Shown piece by piece: positions 25,401 to 37,000 of a stretch of DNA of 64,000 nucleotides; positions within the stretch are counted from its first letter, which is position 1; every line of letters begins with the position of its first letter. Below the pieces are notes generated by a model. The model was not told the origin of the DNA. It searched no databases and worked only from the letters and a program-made list of their open reading frames with translations. The DNA comes from Octopus vulgaris. Taxonomy: Eukaryota. A program made the position numbers and the translations under genes. The stretch spans positions 72,850,001 through 72,914,000 of the forward strand of contig OX597814.1 of the NCBI GenBank assembly GCA_951406725.2. Direction: 5' to 3'.

Positions 25401-28400
25401 TGAATATCACTACCTCCCATAAGAAACAATTATTATTATTGTCCTGCTTGTTTCAGCAAGCTATTTCCATAACATGGTTATGGTTTTGTTACTCTCTAAT
25501 TTTTTTGTTAATTTATTCAGCTGTTATTTTTCTCATATTTTGTTTTGATTGATCTGCTGGGAGCACAATTACAAATATTTCTTTGTTAATCACAATTTCT
25601 GAGATTTCCCCCTGCAATTAAAACAGTTTTTATTGACGAACAGTCAGTATTTTTGTTGTGGCTAATACTTTTTCTGTTGTGTTGCTTAATCAGTATCTTA
25701 TCATGTTTGTATGATAGGAGCTTCTCATACCCGTTTCTGAAAGACACAGCAGCATAATATAATTTTCAAAATATTGTTATTGATACTGTTGTTATAAAGG
25801 CAGCAAGCTGGCAGAATTGTTAGAATATTGGGCTAAATGCCTTGCAGTATTTCTTTGTTTTCTATAAATTCTAATTTCAAATCCTGCTAGAGTCAATAAA
25901 ATATAGTACCAGTCAAGTACTGGTGTCATTGTTATCAACTAAGCCTCTCCTTTCAAAATTGCCTTGTATCTAAATCAGAAAGCATCATTGTTGTTGTTTT
26001 CATTCATTCAGAATTTTGTTGTTCTGTTGGTATTAGATTGTTAGATATCAAGCTGAATACTGCAACCTTAGGTAACTTGCACCTTTCTCATGGTCCTTGC
26101 TGTACTAACCAATCAGAATTCTGTAAAGTAAAAACATTCTTGATAGCTATTATCCTCAGTCAGCCATTCAAACTACTTGCAACTATTCTTGGGGCTCTTA
26201 TTATAATTGGGATAATGATAACTTTATGAAAATTTCAGATTCTTTGAAGTTCATATTTCAGCTCTTGGTATTTTTCTGTTTTCTCATGTTCTTTTTGTTT
26301 ACCAGTCTTAAATGAAATGAGCAATCCTAGCATTTTTTTCATATGTTCAAATCCATTTTTTTTTTTACAGATTTGTCAATAGCAATCTTGTCTCTAGTTC
26401 TCATAGAGACTCTGAGCAACCATTATTTTCATTGAGAGACTATATGCAAATAAATGTTTTTTCTCTTTCATTATATCAAAAACAGTATCAGCCAAGTCTT
26501 CCTGATGCATCTTGTTCTGATTGCACGGCTACAATCAAACCTTTCATCTCTTTCTTTAACATTCTCTTTTTTTCTTTTTGTGTCCAACATTGAAACACTT
26601 CACTACTTCGGAAAAACTTTGTGTAAAATTTTCTTCTTCATGTAATATAGTTCTTCTTACTTCTGTCAAAAGCATCTCTTCACTGTCAGTGACATCATTC
26701 CTTAAACTCACTACATTTCCACAGTTTTCTATATTTATCCTCTTCCTCTATCCTTTTTGTTGAAATATGATGTCAATATCTGTCTGTATGTATAAAACCC
26801 TGTAGATAGTCAGCAATTTCTTTGTTTTTTATCTACATTCTCAAGGTCTTCTATAGTGCATTTGATTATTTTGGAATTGTACCTGATGATGGATACAGCT
26901 CTTGATTTATAGTTGTGGTGGTATTCATGCCATTGAGTTTTGGATCGTAGTATTCTCTTTACCCTTCAGAAATATTTTTGACATTATTTTTCATTGTTCT
27001 AGCTTTTATGCCATCAGTTTCCAAGATTTTTAGATTATTTATATCCAACATCTTTATCTATCTCCTATGTTTTCTCATCTGGTAGATCATCATCGTCAAC
27101 CACTGGTGGTTTACCTTTACAATGCATTGTGTGTCACCATTCACTTAGGAATGTGAGGCTGAAGTAATATCAGTTCCTTTATCTGAATATAGTATCCTTA
27201 ATCAATTCTTTTCTTATAATAATGGTTATGATAGTAATGATATCTAACATTGGTACAAATCTGCAAATAATGTAGCAAGTTGAAACAACCTCAGCATAAG
27301 TTTTAAGTTTTGTATCTCATTGGTTCTTGAAGAATGGTAGGGTTACAATTAAATTCTCTATCATTTCTACTACTCCATTACACATCATCATCATCATCAT
27401 CATCGATTAATGTCTGTTTTCCATGCTGGCATGTGTTGGACGGTTTGACTGAGGTCAAGAGAGCTAGCGGCTATACCAGGCTTCAATCTGGTCTGGCAGG
27501 GTTTCTACAGCTGGATGCCCTTCCTAACACTAACCACTCCAAGAGTTTAGTGGGTACTGACATTGGTCATGATCGGTTGGTGCTTTTTACGTGCCACTGG
27601 CACCAGAGCCAGTAAGGCAAGCCTGTTAACGAACACATTCAGATGGTGCTTTATATGTGCCACTGGCACAGGAACCAATCAGTAGGTACTGGCATTGGTC
27701 ACGATCAGTTGGTGCTCTTTACATGCCACCAATACAGGAACCAGTCAGGCGGACTTGGCATATAAAAAGCACCACCTGAACGTGGTTGATGCCATCAGCA
27801 CCTGCTCCAGCTATGATATTGGTTTTACTTGATTCAACAGGTCTTCTCAAGCATATCATATCACCCTACGCATCAAGAGTATTCTTAACAGGGCTGGATG
27901 TGTGTGGCTGCGATCTCATTTTAGTTGCCAAGACTTCTCAATCACAGCATATCTCCAAAGGTCTCAGTATCCTATCATTGCCTCTGTGAGGCCCAATGTT
28001 TAAAGGTCATGCTTCACAACCTCATCCCATATCTTCCTGGGTCTACCTATTCCACAGGTTCCTTCTACAGTTAGGGGGTGGCACTTCCTCATACATCTGT
28101 CTTCATTCATACATAACACACAGCCATACCAGCGCAGTCGCCTCTCTTGCACACCACATCTGATGCTTCTTATGTCCAACTTTTCTCTCAGAGCACTTAC
28201 ACTCTGTCGTGTATGCACACTGACATTACACATCCAGCAGACCATACTAACTTCATTTCTTTCAAACCTACGAATGTCCTCAGCAGTCATGGCCCATGTT
28301 TCACTGCTATGTGGTATGGCAGTTTGCATACATGCATCATACAGTCTAACTTTCATCCTGAGTGAGAGGCCTTCAGTTACCAGCAGAGATAAGAGCTCCC

Positions 28401-31400
28401 TGTACTCGTTGTCCACCCTCACCTTACTGACAGCATCCCTGTATAGAGCTTGTGCAGCTCTTACCAGCCACTTGTCTATCCCCAGTTTCCACATTGACCA
28501 CCAGATAAGGGATCAGGGGCTCTGTCAATGGCCTTCTCCAAGTCAACAAAAGCCAAGTACGAAGTATCTTTGGCTAGGTATTTCTCTTGTAGTTACCTCA
28601 CCAGAAATATAACATTAGTGATGCTTCTTCTTGGCACAAAACCGAACTGCATCTCATCTAGGTTAACTCTCTCCCTAATTAGTTGGGCTCTGACCCTCTC
28701 TATAACTTTCATCACCTGATCCAATAATTTGATAACCCTGTAGTTATTTCTATCTAAAGCATCGCTTTCCCCTTGTAGCAGTTGACTATGGTGCTGCTAC
28801 ACCAGTCATTAAGTATGACTCCTTCATGAAGTACCCTGTTATAATAAAATGTATTTGACTATGATTAGCAGATGTCAATCTGATTTGAATAATGAGATTA
28901 AAATTATGTAAAAGCTATTCTTTTAATTGTCTAGATTGTTTCATTTCTTCTTATGTGTACTATTGTGTGTTAAGGTTTTTGTGTTAAATATGTCGAGATA
29001 CTTCATGTAATTATTGTGTAAATCACTTGCTAAAGGTATGAAAATCTTTTTTCTAGATGCAAAAACTAAAGCAATTATTTCGCCACATCCGAATCCAAGT
29101 CCTGCCAATGGAAATGATTTGATAAATTTTAAAAGTGGCATCCAGAATAATATGAATTCCATACAAGGAAACAAAGGTATACTTTTGTTTTTTTATATTT
29201 TATTTATTTTCATTAAGACTCAATCTTTGTCAATCTCCCATGAAAACCATCCATTCTACTAATGTCTGAAACTGTTTCAGAAAGACTGAATTTTATCTGT
29301 AGGTCAGAAGTTAATTTCAGACCAGAAAAATACTAATCTTTCATCAAGTCTAGTTTGCTCAGATTTGCTTGACCCTGAGCCTCTCCCAATCTCTATCTTC
29401 CATGACATTATTATTCCCCTTGGTTATATCCAGTGTTATCTATTACCTGATTGGCATGTCTTTGCAGAGTCATCAATGTAATAATAACCATTTCAAGGCA
29501 TCCAAAGTAGTGTCATTCACCAGCTCCTCCTTACTTCTCCAGATTTAATATAACTAATCTTTACAAAATGCTCCTGTTTTTCTGAATTATCTAATATCTA
29601 TTCTATCTTAACACAAACCTAATTATCTCTCCCCATTGGTAATTTTCTGAGGAAGAACATTAGTAGGTAAAATAGTACTTCTCTAAGTTTTAATTCATTC
29701 TCAATATTTTCCATTTTTTGTCCTTTTTTAGGCCCAACTTCTGAAGATGAATACATCAGGTATTGTTGTCTTCAAGCGGATAATATGATGGATAATTGCC
29801 TGGCAGCTGAAGCTAAAGGAGACCTTCGTTGTGCCATTTGTGATTGTGATAAAGCTATTGGTAAGTTCACACACATGCTCTCCTCTATAAACTTCATTTA
29901 TTAGTTATTAACCTAAAATCACCAAGCACAAAATCAAGAAAACCTTCGTTCTAGAGAAAAGCAAATTTGTTGAAGGAGGTTTTGGTGTATTATATTTTTA
30001 TAAGGATGATTTGAGGAATAGTTAGTTTTCAGCTAGTTGCATGGGTTTGTTTCTTAAGCCAATCTTTTTAAATATCACTAGACTAACATCTTATCTAGAA
30101 AGAGAAAGGTGATGCAACTGTTCATTGCTCTGAAGACTAAGATTAGTTCAAGTACACTGCAACGCCTGCTAATGTTGTTGGGGTTAAATTAAAGGTAGAA
30201 TGAATGAATTTGCTCTAAAGAGAACATGCCAAAATTCAAGAACCTAGGAGAAAAGAAATGAGGGTGATATTTGGCAGGGAAGGGGTGTAGTCAGTTGAAT
30301 GAATCTTCATCATTGTCATCATCCATGCACACAAGGGTTGGATGTCATCATTGTCATTTAATGTCTGCTTTCCATGCTGGCATGGGTTGGATGGTTTGAC
30401 TGAGGGCTGGCAAGCCAGATGGCTGCACCAGACTCCAATCTGATCTGGTAAAGTTTCTACAGCTGGATGCCCTTCATAACACCAACCACTCAGAGTGTAG
30501 TGGGTACTTTTTACGTGCCGCTGGCACAAGGGCCAATCAGGTTGTACTGGCATTGACCACATTTGAATGGTGCTTTTTACACGCCACCAGCATGGGAACC
30601 AGTCAGGTGGAATGGGCAATGACCTCGCTCGAATGGTTCTTTTTGCACTCCACCAGCACAGGACCAGTCAGATGGCACTGGCATGGGTGCCAATCAGGCG
30701 GTATTGTCATCAGCCACGACAGGTCTTTGCAAGCATGGTTTATTGCCTAATGATTGAACAGTATTCTTAAATGGGCCGGTTATGCTGCACTGGCATAGGC
30801 CATGGTTACGGTCTCACTTGGCTTGCCAGGTCTTCTCAAGCACAGCATATCTCCAAACGTCTTGGTCACTTGTCATCGCTTCCATAAGGCCCAACGCTCA
30901 AAGGTTGTGCTTTATCAACTCATCCCAGGTTTTCCTCAGTCTACCTCTTCTCCAGGTTCCCTCTACTGCTAGAGTATGACACAGCTGTCCTCATCCATAC
31001 ACAAATGTGACCATACCATCTCTCTTGCACACCACATCTGATGCTTCTTATGTCCAACTTTTCACTTGGGGTGCTTGCACTCTTTTGTGTATGCACACTG
31101 ACATTACACATCCAGCGGAGCATACTAGCTTCATTCCTTGGAAGCTTATGCATGTCCTCAACAATCATGGCCCATGTTTCACTCCTATATAACATGGCCA
31201 TTTGTGCACATGCGTCATAGTCTACCTTTTACTCTGAGTGAGAGGCCCTTTGTCACCAGCAGAGGTAGGAGCTCTCTGAACTTTGACCAGGCTATTCTTA
31301 TTCTAGCAGCTACAATCTCAGAGCATCCACCCCAGCTACTGACTTGGTCACCTAGGTAATAGAAGCTATCAACTACTTCTAGTTTTTTGCCCTGGCATGT

Positions 31401-34002
31401 GACAGAAACTGTTTTCTGCACGTTTTCAGTGTTTATTGCCTCTGAGCATTTGCCACACACAAAAACTACCTTTCCAATTAGCCATCCTTTGATATTGCTG
31501 CACCTCTTATGTGTCCATAACTTACACCGGGTACATCTTATGGAGTTTCTACCTACGCCTTTTCTACAGATTGAGCAGGACCATCTACCTGAAGGGATTT
31601 GTGATTTGTCTGCCTTCCTACTTAAGACTTTGGTTTTTGCTAGATTGACTCTAAGGCCCTTCGATTCTAGACCTTCCTTCCACACCTGAAACGTATCCTC
31701 TAGTTCTGATAGTGAGTCAGCTATTAGAGTAGAAACCTCCAGTTGTCTTCCATATCATTTGATGCTATATCCTCCTCTATTTTGTCAAAAGCTTTGAATA
31801 ATATGTCTCTAAATCTCTGTCAATTTGCAAGACCCTTAAGCTTCCAAACCCTTCTTTTCCTTGTTGGTCGTCTTCTGGGCATCCATTTAACCCTGATAAT
31901 AACTAATCTATGTTGTAGGGTGCATTCTTCACCTGGGAAGGTTTTGGCATCTTGCCCCATTTCCTGGGGAGGATGTAGTCAATTTGACTAGTGTGTCCAG
32001 TAGATTGGTAGGTGAATAGGTAACTGGCAGATTTCCTGAAGTTAGTATTACAAACCATAAGATCATTTGCATCATAGAACTCCAGCAGCCTGGTCCCCTC
32101 CTCATTGGGGGAACCAAAACCATAACCGCCATGTACACCATGAAAGCCCCTTGCGTGTTCTCCAACATGCCCATTGAAGTTGCCAGCCACAAAGCAAAGG
32201 TCCTTCTCATTCGTCAATGTGGTTGTCTGCAAGAGGGTATCATAAAATCGGTCTTTCTCTTCATCAGGTAGCCCTGGCTGAGGGGCATAAGCCGAGATAA
32301 TGGTTACTTATCCATGTTGCAACACTAATCTAATCTCAAGTATTCTATCAGAGACTCTGACTACCCTGATTACTTTATCAGCCCATTTCTCTGTAAGAAA
32401 TATACCCACACCCTCCACCTTGTCAGTGTTCCCTGCCCAGAAAATCTTATACCTATGTTCTTTGCATGTGAGGAAACTAGCAGAACTTCTTCTCCACCTT
32501 ACTTCTTGGATGCAGCACATATCGACACATCTATGTTGAAGCACCTCAACAATCTCACCAGACCTACCTTTCAGTGTGCCACCTCTCAGGGTGTGGGAGG
32601 TGTGAGTCCGTCAGGCCCTGGGATGAGGGACAGCAGCATCATGTACCTGAAAAGAAAGCTCACATTTGGCAGAACTAGTAAACATACAATAGCCTTCAAC
32701 CTGCATACATTACACCATCATTTTATTGCGCTACATAACCACTACATTACATAGGAGATAAACCCCATCATAACTTAGTTATTTCTGATATCAAGTCACT
32801 TGAGGTTGTAGTTAGCTTGAAGACCATCACAAAATACAATGAATGGTGTTTCCAGTCTGCGAAGGTCATTCCATTCAAGACAAAGACTAGTCAAACAGTT
32901 GTTTGATAAATAGTCCAAGAGACTGCATTGTGCTTCAGTGTCTGTTTCATCATGGTTTCTATGCTTTGATGTCAGTCCTAATGCCAACCACTTTACAGTG
33001 TGTCCTGGTCGCTTTTTTCATGGCCCATGCACTACTGAGGTCACCATGCAATTTGCAAGACTAAAACTCCATTTGGCTGAGTGGGGTGATAGTAGAGAGG
33101 GGTCTATGTTAGGAGATGGGAGAAGAGGCTGTAGAGAAGCTACATGGCTACTCACATTATAGAAGAAAGGGTATGAGGATCCAGGGTGGAACTAGAAAGA
33201 GAGAGAAACGTAGTCATGATGAAGTATCAGAGTGATCTCCCAAAGTACAAAGTGAGTGGAAACAAGTTATATTTATTGATTTGCAAGAAGATGAACAGGG
33301 ATATTAGCGATGAAACAACTGGAAAATAAATATGAAATATACAGTATTGTCAGATAATACCAATGAGTTTTAAAATGTAGTACAGGAGGTTTATGTCAAA
33401 GACTGAAGTATTTACAAAATATATTAGTAAGTGAATTTTGTTTTACTAATGAAATAAATAGCTTTCTTTATAAAATGTAGATGGTAACTCGTCACACCAT
33501 TAATGTTGGCAGTCAGTCTAACAAAAGAAAATCACCAATAATCATTAACACCAAACTTAATGTTTCATTTTTATTGATATTCTACCGTTTGATCTGCTCT
33601 GTAACTTGAATTGAAATAGAACTGATATCAGATGACATCAGTGCAGGCATTGTTTTATGGTTAAGAAGTTAATTTTGCAACCAATTGGATTCAAGTTTGA
33701 TCCCTCTGAGCAGCACCTTGGGCAAGTGTACCTGCTACTACAGACTAGGGTTGACAGATATCTTGTCAGTGGAATTTGGTAGAAGGAAATTGTGCTTGTC
33801 TCATTCTTTTATCCTTTAACTGGTATAGTCATTGGACTGTGGCCATGTTGGTTTACTGTCTTGAAGTGTTTAGTTAACCAAATCAAACCCACTACTTAAG
33901 TCTGGTACTTATTCTTTGTCTATTTTTATTGAACTGCTAAGGATATACACGAAGGGACACAAGTTGTCAAACAGTAAGAGATAACCTTAAGCACTGATGC
34001 AT

Positions 34003-34039
<37 letters not shown>

Positions 34040-37000
34040 TTCATATGATGGGCTTTGGCACAGTTTTAATCTTCCATATTCACTCAGAAGGTATTAATCA
34101 GTCCAGCGCTATAGTAAAAGATATTTGCTAAACATGGAACACTGAGACTGAACCCAAAACAAAGATTGCAAAGTAATCTTCATTACATATATATTTCAAC
34201 ATTATATATCAGTAAGAGATGTAGACATTATAGACATTAGCAAGACAGCTAAAAGCTCAGTGTTCTTCTTCAAAAGAGGTCTTATGTGATATTGACAATT
34301 AGAAATGCTCTCGTGTCCATCTCACCAACTGAATATAAAATAAATAATTATATCTGTAGATCTTGTATGTTACATATTTTGTTTATAGATCCTCAGTTTT
34401 TAAAACATAAGATTACGCATTAGAAAGCAACCTTTTTAAATGTATTTTAGTTTCACCAAAATATTCTGAGATTATCAAAGGTAGAGGATGAAAACAATAA
34501 TTTTTATGTTCTTTTTGTCACAGGTTATTGCAAGCAGATTTTGGAGTTGGTAAATATTCCTCATCAATCAGTGGTATTTATGCAAAACAAACTGCACTGT
34601 TGTGTGGTGAAGAGGCGATCTCTATACAACAAGTATAGCACCAAGCAGCAACAGGCTGCTGCTCATTGTTCTGCAGGGCCATCACTTGATGAAAGCATGC
34701 AAGCAGAGAAAATTAGGCAAGAATTTACAATGTTCTTTTCTTTCCCATCTTAAGTTTCCAAAATTTTGACTAAAATTTTCTATCTTCGATTAAAGTCAAC
34801 AGCAATTAGAACATCTAGGAAATAATTTTTATTACCAGGTAGTTAGAAAATTTGATCATTTAAAATTCATTAATCAATGATTTTTCATCAAAATTCAAAG
34901 CTAAAACTTCTTAGGAAATGTTGATTTGCTTCGTATGAACTATTGCTTAATTATTATTGTGAGCTAGTTAAATAGATACATGTCAGGACTTGAATGAAAT
35001 TTGATATTCCTGTGCTTGCATTGTATAATGAAAAAAATTGTGTAATATATATCTAATGAATATTATTCTGAGGCATTATATAAATTTAAGTATAATTTGT
35101 TCTGTATGAGCTGAATGCATGCAACATTCTTGAAAAGCATGTAATCTTGATTTCTTGATGAACTATTCTTTTCATGCCTTCCAATTTTTCATGTTCTAAA
35201 TTTTCCCTCTCATTTTTTTTCTTCTTATCTACCTTTGTCTTGCCTATTTGATTTATTAATTTCTCCTTTTTTATTGTACCAGGAATAGCATGGCTGGTCT
35301 TTTACCATCAAATGGAAGCTCTTCTTCCTCCTCTTGTAGTAATAAGAAAGATAACTTGAACACATCAATTATTAGTTCAATTTCATGTCCTAACTATCAA
35401 CAACAAAAGCATGTTGCATCAGTTAATAATGACAAGTGTTTAGAGAAATATTTTTCTGATTCTAACCAAAACAGTTCTAAGCTACAATGTAAAATGTCTT
35501 CAGTAGCTGGCAGAGAAGTTGGAAAAGAACTACCTGAAACTGTAGATAGCTGGAGTAATGCAAATGTATATGGTACACTACCAAAGAACAAACCAAGACA
35601 AATTGTGTCTAAAGTGGTAAACCAGGAAGCTGAAGTCTACCAAATGTTCTTAAATCGACAGAAACAACTGAACAAAGAAAATAATTCTATGTCTTCTTAC
35701 ATGAGCACTGGCTGCATGGCCTTTTTTCCAAATTCTCAAATAAACAGTAACATGAGTAATTCTTGCAGTAACTTAAACAAAACACGACCTTCAAGTACAG
35801 TTTCACAACCTCACAGTCGATCAGATTCTGTTGATTCTTCAGCTAACAGCCTTATATCATGTGATTCAGCAGTAACTACTATTTCTACACTCCACTCTAG
35901 AAGACAAAATAATTCTCCTGCTATGAACAGACCTTATAGACAAGATACTCCAACTATTACTCAGTGTGAGACAAGAACATACCAACATGGTTCTGGGACC
36001 ATGTACAGAAATGTTGATGAAAGCCATGTCAAACCTGAGCAATCAACAATACCACAGTCTTCACATTTTAACCATTCTGTGGAATCTTTTAAATCAGTGA
36101 TGGGTCAAGAAAGTAGTGAAACTAATGTTGGAACAAGGACAAATGTGGTATCAAATACAAGTGGGTTTTCTTCTTGTTTAACAGTTTCTCATTTTGTAAA
36201 AAGTAGCTTAGCAACAGCTCAGACCACACCCAGTGTGGTACCATCTACGTGCCAGCCTGCTTTCAAAACTAATACTGCACAAACAAAACAAAACTATAGT
36301 GAAAATAGCTTTGTACTTCCTTTCCAAAGTAGAACAATAGAAGGTAAAAAGAATGAGAGAATCCAAAGCTTTTCAACTGTGAGACATAGACCTCTGGCAG
36401 ATGCTTGCTTCCAAACTGCATGCTTTCATAAGTCAGGTATATAATGCTTGTTACTAACTATGATCCTCTGCTCCTTAACCTATCATTTTCTGGGGGGTTT
36501 TTTTCATCTGTGCTAAAACAGCAAAATAAATAGAAAATAATATTCTCAGACACATGACCTGTACATTCACATGTATATACCATACATATATACATTTTTT
36601 TACAAAGATGCCGGAGATAATATAGTTTTAGATGCACTGTATTTGAACCAAAGATTGAGATGCCTTGGCTGGAATTGGAATACCTTTTGATCAGTAGATC
36701 TGCTGGATTGTAGCTGACCCAAAGACAGGGTGAACAGTACAAATATTCTTTTCTATTCTAGGCTCAAGGCCCAAAATTTTAAGGGATGGGACCTGTCAAT
36801 TAGATCGACTCCAGTATACACTGGTACTTAATTTATTGACCCCGAAAGGATGAAAGGCAAAGTTGACCTCAGCGGAATTTGAACTCAAAACATAATGACA
36901 GACGAAATACTGCTAAGCATTTCGACCGGCGTGGCGACGCTTCTGCCAGCTTGCCGACAAATATGAATTACAATCTATGGCTAGTACATTTGGGTTTTTT

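Noticed and set aside
35290-36444. 384-aa ORF as a separate gene
   Set aside because: It is phase-compatible exon 15 of USP54, with an acceptor at 35282 and a donor at 36437
36748-36957. tRNA genes suggested by A/B-box-like sequences
   Set aside because: These are tRNA-derived SINE heads with long non-tRNA bodies, and no complete cloverleaf is visible
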